Below, in pieces: positions 21,590 through 31,803 of a DNA stretch of 64,000 nt. The stretch's first letter is position 1. Each line of letters opens with the position of its first letter. This DNA comes from a candidate division FCPU426 bacterium. Its GTDB lineage: Bacteria; Oederibacteriota; Muellerivitia; Muellerivitales; Muellerivitaceae. Location of the stretch: contig CAVYSE010000017.1 in assembly GCA_963771075.1 (NCBI GenBank), forward strand, positions 1 through 64,000, in the 5' to 3' direction. A program made the translations under genes and the position numbers. The notes beneath the pieces were generated by a model that searched no databases, was not told where the DNA came from, and saw only the letters and a list, made by a program, of their open reading frames with translations.

Positions 21590-22858
21590 TCAGGCCCGGG
21601 AATTCAAAGGCCAGTGATCCACGACTCGTTTCACGGTTCGAAGGGTCGCGCCCCTTAAAGAGCTCACCGCTTCAAACGCTTTCTCCCCCATTCGACGGGA
21701 GATTTCACCCTGGGTCCATTCGGAAAATACCCGCACCAGGTCCTCCGCCTTTTCCAACCGCGCCCCGCCGCCGGATTGAAGGAGAGCGTCCGCCGCCTCC
21801 CGAACATTCTGGAGATGGGGGCCAAAGGCCACCGGCACCCGGCTGAGCGCGGGCTCCATGACATTATGGCCGCCGACCGGTACGAGGGTACCTCCCACAA
21901 AAGCGCCGCGGGATGAAGCGTAGGACAAAGATAACTCTCCCATCGTGTCCAGCACAACCACCCGATGGGGCGGATTCGGGCTTTTCAATTCGGATCGAAG
22001 AACGTTTTCCACGCCCCAATGCCGGAGTTTTTCGCCGAAAACCGCCGCGTTTCGCAGGTGGCGGGGGCAGATGACTATGCGGATTTGGGGCGACAAGGCC
22101 AAAATTTTCGGAACCTGGGGTAAAAGCTGATCCTCCTCGCCGTCCCTCAGGCTTCCAAGGGTAAAGAGGATGTGTTCCGGTTCCAAGGCCAAGGCCTTCC
22201 GAAATTGTTCGATCCCTTCTTCGGGTGGCGGGTTCAAGTCGTATTTCATCTGGCCCGCGACCACCACTCGACCCGGAGAAACGCCCAAAGCGGCGAGCCT
22301 CTCCTGATCCAACTGGGTTTGAACCAACAATTCATTAAAACAATTCAACACCTTCCCAAAGATGCCTTTGAACCGGAAATAGGAAGGAAAACTTTTGTCG
22401 GATATTCGGCCATTGACCAGAAGAAGGGGGACCTCGTTTTCAGCGGTTCGAAGCAGCCAATTGGGCCAAAATTCGGTTTCCGCCACCAGAACCATCACGG
22501 GCCGAATGACCCGGAAGGCTCTTTTCAACGGGCCGCCCGAATCCAAAGGGGCGAGAAAGACGGCGTCCGCGATTCCCTTATCCAGCGCGACTTTCTTCCC
22601 GCTTCGGGATGTGGTGGTCAACACAATTTGAGCGTCCGGCTTCGCCTTGCGGAAAGCCAGGCAAAAGGGTGTGATGGCGTTCACCTCGCCCGCAGAGGCC
22701 GCGTGAAGCCAGACGTTGTAACCCACCGATAGTTTTTGAATTTCAATGGAAGTATATATCCCGAGACGTTCTTTAAGGGAGGACGCTCCCGGAAAGAGCG
22801 CGGCTAATCGAGCCAAACCCGACACAAAGAACATGAACAGTCGGTAGAGATAAATCAT
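21590..22858 (-). CDS. waaA: Kdo transferase
   Basis: WLHAASAGE, ETEFWPN, NGRIS, DTMGEL, GGHN.MEP. Confidence 0.95.
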   Translation of the reverse strand: MIYLYRLFMFFVSGLARLAALFPGASSLKERLGIYTSIEIQKLSVGYNVWLHAASAGEVNAITPFCLAFRKAKPDAQIVLTTTSRSGKKVALDKGIADAVFLAPLDSGGPLKRAFRVIRPVMVLVAETEFWPNWLLRTAENEVPLLLVNGRISDKSFPSYFRFKGIFGKVLNCFNELLVQTQLDQERLAALGVSPGRVVVAGQMKYDLNPPPEEGIEQFRKALALEPEHILFTLGSLRDGEEDQLLPQVPKILALSPQIRIVICPRHLRNAAVFGEKLRHWGVENVLRSELKSPNPPHRVVVLDTMGELSLSYASSRGAFVGGTLVPVGGHNVMEPALSRVPVAFGPHLQNVREAADALLQSGGGARLEKAEDLVRVFSEWTQGEISRRMGEKAFEAVSSLRGATLRTVKRVVDHWPLNSRA

Positions 22859-23529
22859 GGACGTCCGATTTTGAAATAATTTTCAGCGGTCTCCGTTACC
22901 CGAACCAGCTCTTCTTGTACCTTTTGTTGATATGCCTCATCCCTGCCACCTTGGGAGGGTATTAAAATCGGTTCACCATAAACAAAAACCCCCCGCGAAA
23001 AGGGTTTTGGAATGATAAATTGATCCCAGCTTTTCAACCGCCAGGGGTGTTCCGCCGCGAAACCGAAAGGAACCACGGAACACCCTGTCAGGCGAGCGAT
23101 CTGAACAGTTCCCATTTTCATTTGGCGGCGGGGCCCCCGCGGCCCGTCCGGGGTAATCGCGCAGCTCTTTCCTTGCTCCAGATATTGAACCATCTCTCGG
23201 GTTGCTTCTTTTCCTCCCCGCGTGCTTGAGCCGCGTACCGCTGTATAACCCAAAAAACTCCCAACAGCCGTGATCAGTTCCCCATCCCGGCTGGAGGAAA
23301 TCATGACATGCACGTCCCGGTGCCGGTGCCACCAAACGCCGGGGAGGATCGTCTCATGCCAAAGGGGCCATAGTATTTTTCCCTTCGGCCGGGCTCGGGG
23401 ACCTAATTCACTCCTCCCCATTTCTTGAATCCGCCAAGACCAGCCGAAAAGATGGATCAGCGGAATCACGATCAGCAGGATCAGCCGATCAGCGAGGGAG
23501 AGACTATATTCCTTGGGCGAACCGGTCAA
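22855..23529 (-). CDS. DUF374 lysophospholipid acyltransferase-family protein
   Basis: WH, SSSRDGE, RGSSTRGG, TPDGPRGP, SWDQF.IPKPF; context between lpxB and waaA. Confidence 0.85.
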   Translation of the reverse strand: MTGSPKEYSLSLADRLILLIVIPLIHLFGWSWRIQEMGRSELGPRARPKGKILWPLWHETILPGVWWHRHRDVHVMISSSRDGELITAVGSFLGYTAVRGSSTRGGKEATREMVQYLEQGKSCAITPDGPRGPRRQMKMGTVQIARLTGCSVVPFGFAAEHPWRLKSWDQFIIPKPFSRGVFVYGEPILIPSQGGRDEAYQQKVQEELVRVTETAENYFKIGRP

Positions 23530-24701
23530 CGAATCCCCCCCAGCATCTTCAATAATTCTGCGGCCACGCCCTTTGAAGCGGAAGGAGGAGCACTGATTGC
23601 TTTTTTTATCCTCTCAAAGCCCCGGATCTGCGCCTTACGCTTTTTCGGATTCTCTAAAAGCGGAAGGGTTTCGCCTAGCAACGCGGATGGCACCGCCTTC
23701 TCCTGTAAAAGTTCAGGCACCACCCGTTCATCCGCCAATAGATTCACGAGAGAAACGTATTTGATCTTGACTAACTGCTTCGCGAGAAATCCCGTCAAGG
23801 CGGCCACTTTATAAACCACCACCATCGGCGTACCCAAAAGCGCCGTCTCCAAGGTGCTGGTTCCCGACTTGACCCAGGCTATATCGCATATTTTTCTCAA
23901 ATCGTAGGCAGGCGCTTCCGCGAAGAACACGGAATCATCCGGGCCCAATCCAGCATAATCCTCAAACTCAAGGCCGACAGGTTTGGGAACGATAAAAGCA
24001 GCGTCCGGATAAACTTTGCGCAAAAGGCGCGAAGTTTCCAGGCAGAGGGGCCAGATTTTATCAATTTCCGACTTACGGCTCCCGGGCAATAAAGCGATCA
24101 GGGGAAAATGGGCGGGGGAGATGCCGTGTTTTTTTAACACTTCCGAACGGGACCGGGCTTTCAAATCCATCTGTTCCAACAAGGGATGACCGACGTAAAC
24201 CGCGTCGATCCCCTTTTCCTTAAAATATGCTTTTTCAAAAGGCAGGATGACCAAGAGCTTATCGATGGTTCGTTGGATTTGGGCGTTCCGGCTTTCGTGC
24301 CAAGCCCAAACTTGGGGCGCCACATACTGGCAAACGGGAATTCCCATCGCCTTGGCCCTTTTCGCCAATCGCAGGTTGAATCCCGGATAATCCACGAGAA
24401 AGAGCAGGTCGGGTTTTTCTTCCCGAAGCCATTTTTCACAATCCCTCATTCTTCTCAGGGCAAGGGGCAAATGCCTTAGGACTTCCGCGAAACCCATTAG
24501 GGCGTGGCGGGTGAGGTCTTCCCTTACCTCCATGCCCGCTTTCGCCATCAAGGGACCGCCCAAGCCGAATATTTGGAGCCCCCGATTCTTCTTTAGTAGG
24601 GCTTCAATCACCTTAGCGGCATGCATGTCCCCGGATACTTCCCCAGCCACCATCATGATTTTGCGAGGGGGACGGGTTTTAGAAACTTTGAGCGGGGACA
24701 A
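23526..24701 (-). CDS. lpxB: Lipid-A-disaccharide synthase
   Basis: AGEVSGD, VDYPGFN, PQVWAW, VGHP, LPGSR, SGTSTLE. Confidence 0.95.
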   Translation of the reverse strand: MSPLKVSKTRPPRKIMMVAGEVSGDMHAAKVIEALLKKNRGLQIFGLGGPLMAKAGMEVREDLTRHALMGFAEVLRHLPLALRRMRDCEKWLREEKPDLLFLVDYPGFNLRLAKRAKAMGIPVCQYVAPQVWAWHESRNAQIQRTIDKLLVILPFEKAYFKEKGIDAVYVGHPLLEQMDLKARSRSEVLKKHGISPAHFPLIALLPGSRKSEIDKIWPLCLETSRLLRKVYPDAAFIVPKPVGLEFEDYAGLGPDDSVFFAEAPAYDLRKICDIAWVKSGTSTLETALLGTPMVVVYKVAALTGFLAKQLVKIKYVSLVNLLADERVVPELLQEKAVPSALLGETLPLLENPKKRKAQIRGFERIKKAISAPPSASKGVAAELLKMLGGIR

Positions 24702-24811
24702 TATGAATCTCCATGGAAAATTTCATTAATCAGAAGATTGAAGTTGGCTATTTACCGTCAGATTTTAAAGGTTGTTCCTGCGAACTGTCGACTGCCGACT
24801 GTCAGCTGTCT

Positions 24812-26101
24812 TTAGTAGGCGGGGGCTTCAGGCACGATGGTAAACCGGAAATCGAAATAACCCAACAGGGAGAAACCCTCATCCCACCTCATATAAGCCA
24901 GGTTAAAGGCGAATAGGCCATCGACTTGGGTGTTGAGAAGGACAGGGTTGTCATACATGGGAAAGGGCTTCCAAATTTCAAACTTCCAGTTGGTTCCGAG
25001 GAACCGGGTGTTCCAACCGGTATAAAACATATCCGGGGGGGCGGCCGTTACGTTCGCGGTACTCAGTTCATTGGCGAAATTGCCGGACAGTTGCGCGAAC
25101 AGATCCCCGTAATTCAATGTCGGCGCGAAACCTTGGAGGCCGATGCTGTTAATTTCGTTTTGGAACCCATGCACAATGCCAAAATGCACCGCGTTGTTGG
25201 TCGTTAGGGGAACACTCAAGACCGTATAGACCCCGCCCATGGAATTGCCCGTCAACTGGAAGTTCTGGCTGGCGGACCCGGTTTCCCCGGGATTTCCGCC
25301 CGAAAGGAGCAGGGTCATCAACAAGCCCGACGCAATGGCCGGCCGGTCTCCACTCGCCTCCAACCAACCGTACTTGAGATCATTGGTCAAAAGCCAAAGC
25401 CTCAGTGGAGAGAGGTAATCCGTCGACCCCGTATCTTTGTCTCCTTCCGCGATCGATCCGATGTAATAGGAAAAACTAATGTCCCAATTCAACCCGTCCC
25501 AATGGTCCCATCCATTGGAGAAAGCCGTTGGCATGAGGGCTAGGGCACCCCGGGAAATGACGGGAGTGAAGGTCCAAGTCGGCGTGTAGGTGTCGGTTGG
25601 AAAAATCGTTCCGGTGGGTGTGAAGGTCGGTGTCGCGGAGGAGGAGGGATTGGGAGTGGCCGTGGGTGATCCCTCCCAGCCCAGGGGGGTGTTGGTCGCG
25701 GTCGGAGGAACCCATCCCAAAGGCGTATCGGTTGCCGTCGGAGTGTCGGGCGCGACATATCCCCAGGGTGTATCGGTGGGAGTAAAGGTAGCGGTTGGAT
25801 TTAAATAACTTTGGTCCCAGGCGGGCGCTTGGGTCGGGGCGGCGAACAAATCAGGTGTATAGGTCCAGGTTTGAGTCGGGGTCCCCGTTTGCGTCGGGGA
25901 ATTTGTCTGGGTAGGCGTCGGGGTCCCAGTGGCACTCTGAGTCGATGTGGACGTGGCCGTACCGGTCGGGCTGGGGGATGGGCTCATCGACTGGGCCTGC
26001 GCCCAGCCGACGGCATAAACGCCCAACAGGGCTCCTAACCCAAAGGTTTTAACGCAATAGGTAAACTTTGACTTTCTTTCGCCCAAATTGTTGTGCCTCA
26101 T
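24812..26101 (-). CDS. Secreted protein with Thr/Pro linker and a possible outer-membrane beta-barrel C-terminus (start uncertain)
   Basis: AVGWAQAQ cleavage-like site, TPT linker, aromatic-rich alternating C-terminal segments. Confidence 0.65.
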   Translation of the reverse strand: MRHNNLGERKSKFTYCVKTFGLGALLGVYAVGWAQAQSMSPSPSPTGTATSTSTQSATGTPTPTQTNSPTQTGTPTQTWTYTPDLFAAPTQAPAWDQSYLNPTATFTPTDTPWGYVAPDTPTATDTPLGWVPPTATNTPLGWEGSPTATPNPSSSATPTFTPTGTIFPTDTYTPTWTFTPVISRGALALMPTAFSNGWDHWDGLNWDISFSYYIGSIAEGDKDTGSTDYLSPLRLWLLTNDLKYGWLEASGDRPAIASGLLMTLLLSGGNPGETGSASQNFQLTGNSMGGVYTVLSVPLTTNNAVHFGIVHGFQNEINSIGLQGFAPTLNYGDLFAQLSGNFANELSTANVTAAPPDMFYTGWNTRFLGTNWKFEIWKPFPMYDNPVLLNTQVDGLFAFNLAYMRWDEGFSLLGYFDFRFTIVPEAPAY

Positions 26102-26876
26102 CGTAAGTGTCGTAGCAAAGGTCGATGCGGTCCCCCTTGATGGCGGAACCCGTGTCACCCGCAAGGGCGAAACCGTACCCCTCAATATAGAGGGGCGTCT
26201 TCAGTTTAATTTTCTTTGGATCCACGGCCGCGATGCCGTAACCCGCCTTCAAACCCGATGCCGTGCTTCCCGTCGAGTAGGGCCAGTTGTTTTCCGGCCC
26301 CGGATAATAAGCCGTCGCCTCCAGGGTCAAAGTCTTGGCCACCCGCATTTTCCGGCTTAAGGGGTACATTTTCGTTTTTTGCGCGGTTCCTTCCAGCACT
26401 TTCGCATTTTTGACCGGTTTTAAGACCGTGGTGTTCAAAACCTTCTCGAAGGCTTCCTCGCCGTTTAGAAGATATTCTTCCGTTTGAAGTTTGACCCGCC
26501 CATCTTTGCCCGGTTGCACCAAAATAATTTCACCCACATTCAGGCTGTCTGTGTATTCAGTCTGAGTCTGGGAGGCCGTGTCTTTATCGAATTCTTTGAC
26601 CCTGCGCTCCAGGATGCCCAGGTCGATCTCCGTCCCGGATGTCACCGGCGCGTCAACCGGCGGAACCACCACATCCTGGGGTTTAAGGATGATTTTTTGT
26701 TCCCGAATGGCTTCGCCCACCGTCTTAGCCCTGGAAAGCACCTCCCAGCTTTTACCCCCGTTGTACAAGGTGATTTTTACCGGCAAGGGGCGGTGAAACC
26801 AAAGAAAAACCCCCAAAAGGGCTGATAGTGCCACCACCCCTGCGATAATGACGCCCGGAAGGGCCGAAGGTTTCAC
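26049..26876 (-). CDS. 3D-domain/G5/ubiquitin-like cell-wall protein (YabE-like)
   Basis: N-terminal TM, TVGEAI...QDVVVP, ATAY, IAAVDP, DTGSAIKGDRIDL; start placed at GTG 26876. Confidence 0.85.
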   Translation of the reverse strand: MKPSALPGVIIAGVVALSALLGVFLWFHRPLPVKITLYNGGKSWEVLSRAKTVGEAIREQKIILKPQDVVVPPVDAPVTSGTEIDLGILERRVKEFDKDTASQTQTEYTDSLNVGEIILVQPGKDGRVKLQTEEYLLNGEEAFEKVLNTTVLKPVKNAKVLEGTAQKTKMYPLSRKMRVAKTLTLEATAYYPGPENNWPYSTGSTASGLKAGYGIAAVDPKKIKLKTPLYIEGYGFALAGDTGSAIKGDRIDLCYDTYDEAQQFGRKKVKVYLLR

Positions 26877-26893
26877 CGCTGCCGCCTTGCCGC

Positions 26894-27457
26894 CTAGCTT
26901 TCGATAAAATTCCGGAGCAGTATCCGCCCCGATTCGGTCAGGATGGATTCCGGGTGGAACTGCACCCCCTCGACCGGCAGGGTCTTGTGACGGACCCCCA
27001 TTATTTCCCCATCCTCGCTTTGCGCCGTCACAACCAGGCAATCGGGAAGGGTTTCCTTTTTGATCGCCAGTGAATGGTAGCGTGTGGCTTTAAATGGGTT
27101 GGGCATTCCCACGAAAACTCCCTTGCCATCATGTGAAATCTCGCTGGTTTTTCCATGCATGAGTTTTTTCGCCCGGACAATATCCCCGCCATAGGCGTAA
27201 CCGATGCTTTGGTGGCCCAGGCAAACACCCAGGATTGGGATCTTCCCACCCAGTTTCTTGATGATGTCCACTGAAATACCGGCCTCCTTCGGGGAACAGG
27301 GACCAGGGGAGATCATGAGATGGTCCGGTTTCATTTTAAGGATCTCCGCGATGGTCAGCTCATCATTTCGGGCCACTTTTATTTCCACGCCCATCTCGCC
27401 CAGGTATTGCACCAGGTTGTAGGTAAAGGAGTCATAGTTATCGATGACGAGGATCAT
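26894..27457 (-). CDS. trpG: Anthranilate synthase component II (glutamine amidotransferase)
   Basis: [32 protein letters not shown]; adjacent to trpE. Confidence 0.9.
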   Translation of the reverse strand: MILVIDNYDSFTYNLVQYLGEMGVEIKVARNDELTIAEILKMKPDHLMISPGPCSPKEAGISVDIIKKLGGKIPILGVCLGHQSIGYAYGGDIVRAKKLMHGKTSEISHDGKGVFVGMPNPFKATRYHSLAIKKETLPDCLVVTAQSEDGEIMGVRHKTLPVEGVQFHPESILTESGRILLRNFIES

Positions 27458-29079
27458 TTGCGGCCTCCTTTTCGAACGCGTTTTTCTTTTGCGTTCGACC
27501 CTGAGCGGGTTTTGTGAGCATGCGGTGAGTGAGCTAAGCGAATCGAACCCGTCGAATGGGTTTCCGCCTGGTTGACCGCCATCAAGACGGCCCGGGCCTT
27601 GTTACAGGATTCCATGTATTCCGTTTCTGGCACCGAATCCGCCACTAAACCGGCTCCGGCTTGGACATAGGCTTTCGCTTTATCTTTTTTGCTTGGCGTC
27701 ATGACCACGGACCGGATGGTGATGGCCGAATCCATGTTTCCGTCAAAGCCGAAAGCCACGACCGCCCCGCCATAAATACCCCGGTGGGCCGGTTCCAATT
27801 CCTCGATGATCTCCATCGCCCGGATCTTGGGTGCGCCTGACAGGGTTCCCGCGGGGAAACAGGATTGAAAGGCGTCGTAGGAGGTTCGGTCGCGCCTCAG
27901 CTTGCCCGTCACATCGGAAACGATATGCATGATGTGGGAATAGCGCTCGACCCTTTTGAAATGGTTCACCTGAACCGTCCCGTAATCGCAGACCCGTCCC
28001 AGGTCATTGCGGGCCAGGTCCACCAACATCACATGTTCCGCTAATTCCTTCTCATCCGCGAGAAGGCTTTCTTCCATCTGTTGGTCCGCTTCGGGTGTTT
28101 TACCCCGGGGCCTGCTGCCAGCGATGGGCCGGGTTTCTACGATCCCGTTTTGAACCTTGATCATCATTTCGGGCGAGGACCCCACCAGGCTCATTCCGTC
28201 CATTTTCAGGAGGAACATGTAGGGGGAGGGATTCAACCGCCGAAGGAGCCGGTAAACCGTGACCGGATCGGCCGTCGTTTCTTTCTCGAACCGCTGGGAA
28301 CCTACCACCTGGATGATATCGCCCGCTTGAATGTATTTTTTTGATTTTTCAACCATTCCCTTGAAGCTTTTGGGACTCATATTGGGCTGAAACCCAAAAA
28401 GATCATTCGGACCGGGTTTGACGGTGGGTGGTACGGGAATTTCGGACACCCCTTGAAGGGGTTGTTCCAATTTCTTTTCCAGTTCCAGGAGTTTTTGGAC
28501 CGCATATTCGTACCGGGGCTTCAAATCCCTGATTTTATCCAGGTTCACGTTAACGATCAGTCGAAGGGTTCGTTTCAAGTGGTCGAACAAGGCCAATTGA
28601 TCGGTCACCATCAAATAGAGGTCCGGCACCTTCAATGGATCGGGTTTGGAATTGGGTAATTTCTCAAAATACCTTACCGCGTCATATCCCACATAGCCCA
28701 CCAGACCGCCCAAAAAACCCGCCCCTTCCAGGGGGGCTTGACGAATCGATGCCGCAAATGTTTTTACATTCTCAAGGGGGTTGGAAGTGCTCCGGGAGTC
28801 TGTTTTATCTCCCATACGCCGGATCAGGTTACCATCTTTTGCCTGAAACACCCCCGAGGGTGAGAAGCCGACAATGGAAAAGCGGGCCACTTGTTCGTTT
28901 TTTTCAACGCTCTCCAGCAGGAATCCATTCTGACCTTGAGCCAATTTCAGATAAACCGAAAGGGGTGTTTCCAGGTCAGAATGAAGGGAAAGAGCCACTG
29001 GAATGCGATTATAAAGGCCGGCTAATTTTCGGAATTCCTCAAAGGAAGGTACGACGTGGGAGGGATTGGGCTTTTTCAT
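27454..29079 (-). CDS. trpE: Anthranilate synthase component I
   Basis: [36 protein letters not shown]. Confidence 0.95.
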   Translation of the reverse strand: MKKPNPSHVVPSFEEFRKLAGLYNRIPVALSLHSDLETPLSVYLKLAQGQNGFLLESVEKNEQVARFSIVGFSPSGVFQAKDGNLIRRMGDKTDSRSTSNPLENVKTFAASIRQAPLEGAGFLGGLVGYVGYDAVRYFEKLPNSKPDPLKVPDLYLMVTDQLALFDHLKRTLRLIVNVNLDKIRDLKPRYEYAVQKLLELEKKLEQPLQGVSEIPVPPTVKPGPNDLFGFQPNMSPKSFKGMVEKSKKYIQAGDIIQVVGSQRFEKETTADPVTVYRLLRRLNPSPYMFLLKMDGMSLVGSSPEMMIKVQNGIVETRPIAGSRPRGKTPEADQQMEESLLADEKELAEHVMLVDLARNDLGRVCDYGTVQVNHFKRVERYSHIMHIVSDVTGKLRRDRTSYDAFQSCFPAGTLSGAPKIRAMEIIEELEPAHRGIYGGAVVAFGFDGNMDSAITIRSVVMTPSKKDKAKAYVQAGAGLVADSVPETEYMESCNKARAVLMAVNQAETHSTGSIRLAHSPHAHKTRSGSNAKEKRVRKGGRK

Positions 29080-29087
29080 GGATGAAT

Positions 29088-29195
29088 CTCCTTTAGTTTG
29101 AATTTTTAATCAAAGGGTAAACAGCGTCTACCGGCTGGGCGTTTAGGAACGCCAACGGTGGCTGCGCCAATGATTCAAATTCAAAACTAAAGAAG
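29088..29195 (-). promoter_or_regulatory. Putative translational attenuator stem sequestering the trpE Shine-Dalgarno
   Basis: CUUCUUUAGUUUUGAAUUUGAAUCA (29195-29171) pairs with UGAUUAAAAAUUCAAACUAAAGGAG (29112-29088), which contains the AAGGAG SD. Confidence 0.7.
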
Positions 29196-29202
29196 CTTTC
29201 AT
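29143..29202 (-). CDS. Putative trp leader peptide MKASLVLNLNHWRSHRWRS
   Basis: 19-codon ORF whose ATG overlaps the hisI stop (ATGA), with two Trp codons, directly upstream of trpE. Confidence 0.7.
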   Translation of the reverse strand: MKASLVLNLNHWRSHRWRS

Positions 29203-29585
29203 TTGTGGCCGTAAACTTTCTCGGGATCGAAAACCTGAATTCCGACTTCCTTCCAGGTGTCCCCTTCCCTTTCGTTGAAGAAGCAGGAACGCTTGCCCGT
29301 GTGGCAGGCGGCGCCCCCGATTTGCTCTATTTTTACCAGAATGGCGTCTTTATCGCAATCGGTGTATAAAGCCTTCACTTTTTGCACATTTCCGGATTCT
29401 TCGCCCTTTTTCCAAAGCTTTTTGCGGCTTCGGCTCCAATAGGTCATGTTGCCGGATTGGGCCGTATGTTCCAAGGAGTCGCGGTTGGCAAATGCGAACA
29501 TCAGGATCTCACCCGTCTGCGCATCCTGCGCAATAACGGGAATGAGCCCATCTTCTTGAAACTTCAAGCTGTCGATCCAACTCAT
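29199..29585 (-). CDS. hisI: Phosphoribosyl-AMP cyclohydrolase
   Basis: WSRSR..LW.KGEESG, DCDKD, ACHTG..SCF. Confidence 0.95.
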   Translation of the reverse strand: MSWIDSLKFQEDGLIPVIAQDAQTGEILMFAFANRDSLEHTAQSGNMTYWSRSRKKLWKKGEESGNVQKVKALYTDCDKDAILVKIEQIGGAACHTGKRSCFFNEREGDTWKEVGIQVFDPEKVYGHK

Positions 29586-29655
29586 GGAGCACCCCTTAAG
29601 AAGAAGAAATGAGGCGTTAAATTAAGCTTTCCGGGTTTAAATTGCCAGACTTTTT

Positions 29656-30234
29656 TCAGGACTTTCGGGGCCACGAACCCAAATCAGGCCATGAATTGGC
29701 CGTGATTCTGTCGACCAAGGCTTCAGGCTCGGCTTCGAGTATCAACTGATCGATCAGGCCTTCTTGAACAAACCCAACCATGCTGGTCTTTCTCATGAAG
29801 GAGAAAAGGCCATCGTAAAAACCATTTACGTTCAGAAACCCGATCGGCTTGGCCTGAAGCCCCAACTGGTTCCAGGTAATCATCTCCATTACTTCTTCCA
29901 GTGTTCCGAAACCGCCGGGGAGAGCTATAAAAGCGTCGGACAAGGACGCCATCTTGGATTTTCGTTCATGCATGTCTTTCACGACATAGAGCTCGGTTAG
30001 TTTGGGGTGGGCGACTTCCCCCTTGTCATGGAGCGATTGAGGCAGAACTCCCAAAGCCCTTCCGCCTGTTGATAAAACCGCATCCGCAACCCTTCCCATC
30101 AATCCCACTCGAGCGCCACCATATACGAGCGTTAGGTTCTTCCGGGCGAGAACCCCGCCCAGTTCCCCTGCTTTCCTGAGGAAAATCGGATCTTTTCCCG
30201 AACTGGAGCCGCAATAAACGCAGATTGATTTCAT
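29656..30234 (-). CDS. LOG-family protein (TIGR00730-like)
   Basis: CVYCGS, YGG..GLMG, MHERK, PGGFGTLEE; start at MKSICV. Confidence 0.9.
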   Translation of the reverse strand: MKSICVYCGSSSGKDPIFLRKAGELGGVLARKNLTLVYGGARVGLMGRVADAVLSTGGRALGVLPQSLHDKGEVAHPKLTELYVVKDMHERKSKMASLSDAFIALPGGFGTLEEVMEMITWNQLGLQAKPIGFLNVNGFYDGLFSFMRKTSMVGFVQEGLIDQLILEAEPEALVDRITANSWPDLGSWPRKS

Positions 30235-30689
30235 GGAATGGTTTTTTTCTTTGCGAACAATCTTTCTAGCAAGAGGACAATCCCGGCCGCGGCGGAACAC
30301 CCGATAAAGAACCATTCTCCTGCCGAGTTGAGGCCGCCCGGCGGCGTGAAAAGCCAGAAAGCCAAACTCCATGACAGGGGATTCAATAAAATCAACCCCA
30401 ACGAAAATCCGATGTAAGAACCGATCTTGCTGATGCCACCCGGCATTTGCTTTATTTGTTCATAAATCTTGTGGGCCGAATGAAAGTATATAAACCCAAG
30501 AATCAACCCCGAAATTCCAAAGACTCCCGTCCCAAAACCAGCGAACCAGAGCTTGAACTTATAAAACTCCCAATAGGCTTGCAGGCCCAGCCATACCAGG
30601 CCGACCAAGGCCAGGGCATATAACACAAGTTTGAATTTTGAAAAGGGGCTTTTTCGTTTTTCGCCGCTTAAAGCATTTTGATTTTCCAT
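30231..30689 (-). CDS. Hypothetical membrane protein
   Basis: About four hydrophobic segments; overlaps both neighbours in operon fashion. Confidence 0.7.
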   Translation of the reverse strand: MENQNALSGEKRKSPFSKFKLVLYALALVGLVWLGLQAYWEFYKFKLWFAGFGTGVFGISGLILGFIYFHSAHKIYEQIKQMPGGISKIGSYIGFSLGLILLNPLSWSLAFWLFTPPGGLNSAGEWFFIGCSAAAGIVLLLERLFAKKKTIP

Positions 30690-31249
30690 TCAACACTTCC
30701 CTGTTTTTTGAAGTCTTTCTCTAACATGGCGTAAAGGCGAGTATCACGCCAACGCCCCTTTTGAAAAAGGTTTTCCCTTTTAAGACCCTCAAACCGCAAC
30801 CCCGCCTTTTCTAACACTCGGACAGAGGCTTTGTTTCGATTGTCGCAGGTGGCCCACAAGCGGTGAAGTTTCAGCTTTTTAAAACCAAAATTCACAAGGG
30901 CTTTGACGGTTTCGGTGGCATAACCTTTGCCCCAATAATCATGGTTGAAACCATACCCCAAATCCCCTTCAGCGAGGGCGGGGTTTACCACCCTGATGCC
31001 GCAACCTCCTATGACCCGATTCTCGGATTTCACTACCACCGCCAACTCAAAAGCCCTCCTCGGATTGACAATCTTCTGTCTGCGGGCTTTGAGGATAAAA
31101 TCACGGGTTTGATACAGCGTATTGGGCCCCCAAAGCATGTATCGCACAACAATGGGATCCTTCGCATATTCGTAAGCAGAGGGAACATCGGCGATTTCCC
31201 AATCCCTGAGGATCAGTCGCTTGGTCTCAATGGGAATCAGGTTGGGCAT
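30668..31249 (-). CDS. GNAT acetyltransferase (RimJ/RimL-like)
   Basis: ETKRLILR, YWGKGYATE, N.AS.RVLEKAG..FEG. Confidence 0.9.
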   Translation of the reverse strand: MPNLIPIETKRLILRDWEIADVPSAYEYAKDPIVVRYMLWGPNTLYQTRDFILKARRQKIVNPRRAFELAVVVKSENRVIGGCGIRVVNPALAEGDLGYGFNHDYWGKGYATETVKALVNFGFKKLKLHRLWATCDNRNKASVRVLEKAGLRFEGLKRENLFQKGRWRDTRLYAMLEKDFKKQGSVEWKIKML

Positions 31250-31251
31250 AC

Positions 31252-31530
31252 CTAAAACTTGCCTGGTTCTTTTTCCACGATTTGGATCTCGAACCCGAGA
31301 GTCTGGGTGTTAATGGCGGCCTTGGCGAGAAAGGGATGGCCGTTCTTCCAGGTCTTGGCCAGTTCGGGCGACTGCCGCTTCAGCCCATCAATAAAGAAAT
31401 CGAGCTGTTTCTGGGCGAAAGCCTCGACCTTGTCCACCGTTTTTTCGGAAGCGGGTTGATTGGCGAAATAGCGGACCACATTCTGGCGGATCAACAGCTG
31501 GATCTGGGTGAACATGCTCTTGTCGGCCAT
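31252..31530 (-). CDS. Hypothetical 92-aa protein (paralog B)
   Basis: Fills the operon gap; homologous to 31534-31803. Confidence 0.75.
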   Translation of the reverse strand: MADKSMFTQIQLLIRQNVVRYFANQPASEKTVDKVEAFAQKQLDFFIDGLKRQSPELAKTWKNGHPFLAKAAINTQTLGFEIQIVEKEPGKF

Positions 31531-31533
31531 GGG

Positions 31534-31803
31534 TCACTCGTCGCAGGAGATTTCGACTTCGAAGACCTTGGCATCGCCCGTCATGCGCAGGTGGGCGTGG
31601 TAGGGATGGCCTTTCGCCCATTTCGTCCTCAATTCGGCCGATTCCCGCACGATCCCGTTGATGAAAAAATCGAGCTGGTTCTGCGCGAATGCCCGTACCT
31701 TATCGGGTGTTTTCTCGGTGGGCCGGAGCGGACCAAAAAACTTGTTAACGTTATCCTGGATCAACTTCCGCAATTGGGCGACCACGGGGGCGGGTAGGCT
31801 CAT
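31534..31803 (-). CDS. Hypothetical 89-aa protein (paralog A)
   Basis: Start MSLPAP overlaps the hisF stop (ATGA); homologous to 31252-31530. Confidence 0.75.
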   Translation of the reverse strand: MSLPAPVVAQLRKLIQDNVNKFFGPLRPTEKTPDKVRAFAQNQLDFFINGIVRESAELRTKWAKGHPYHAHLRMTGDAKVFEVEISCDE

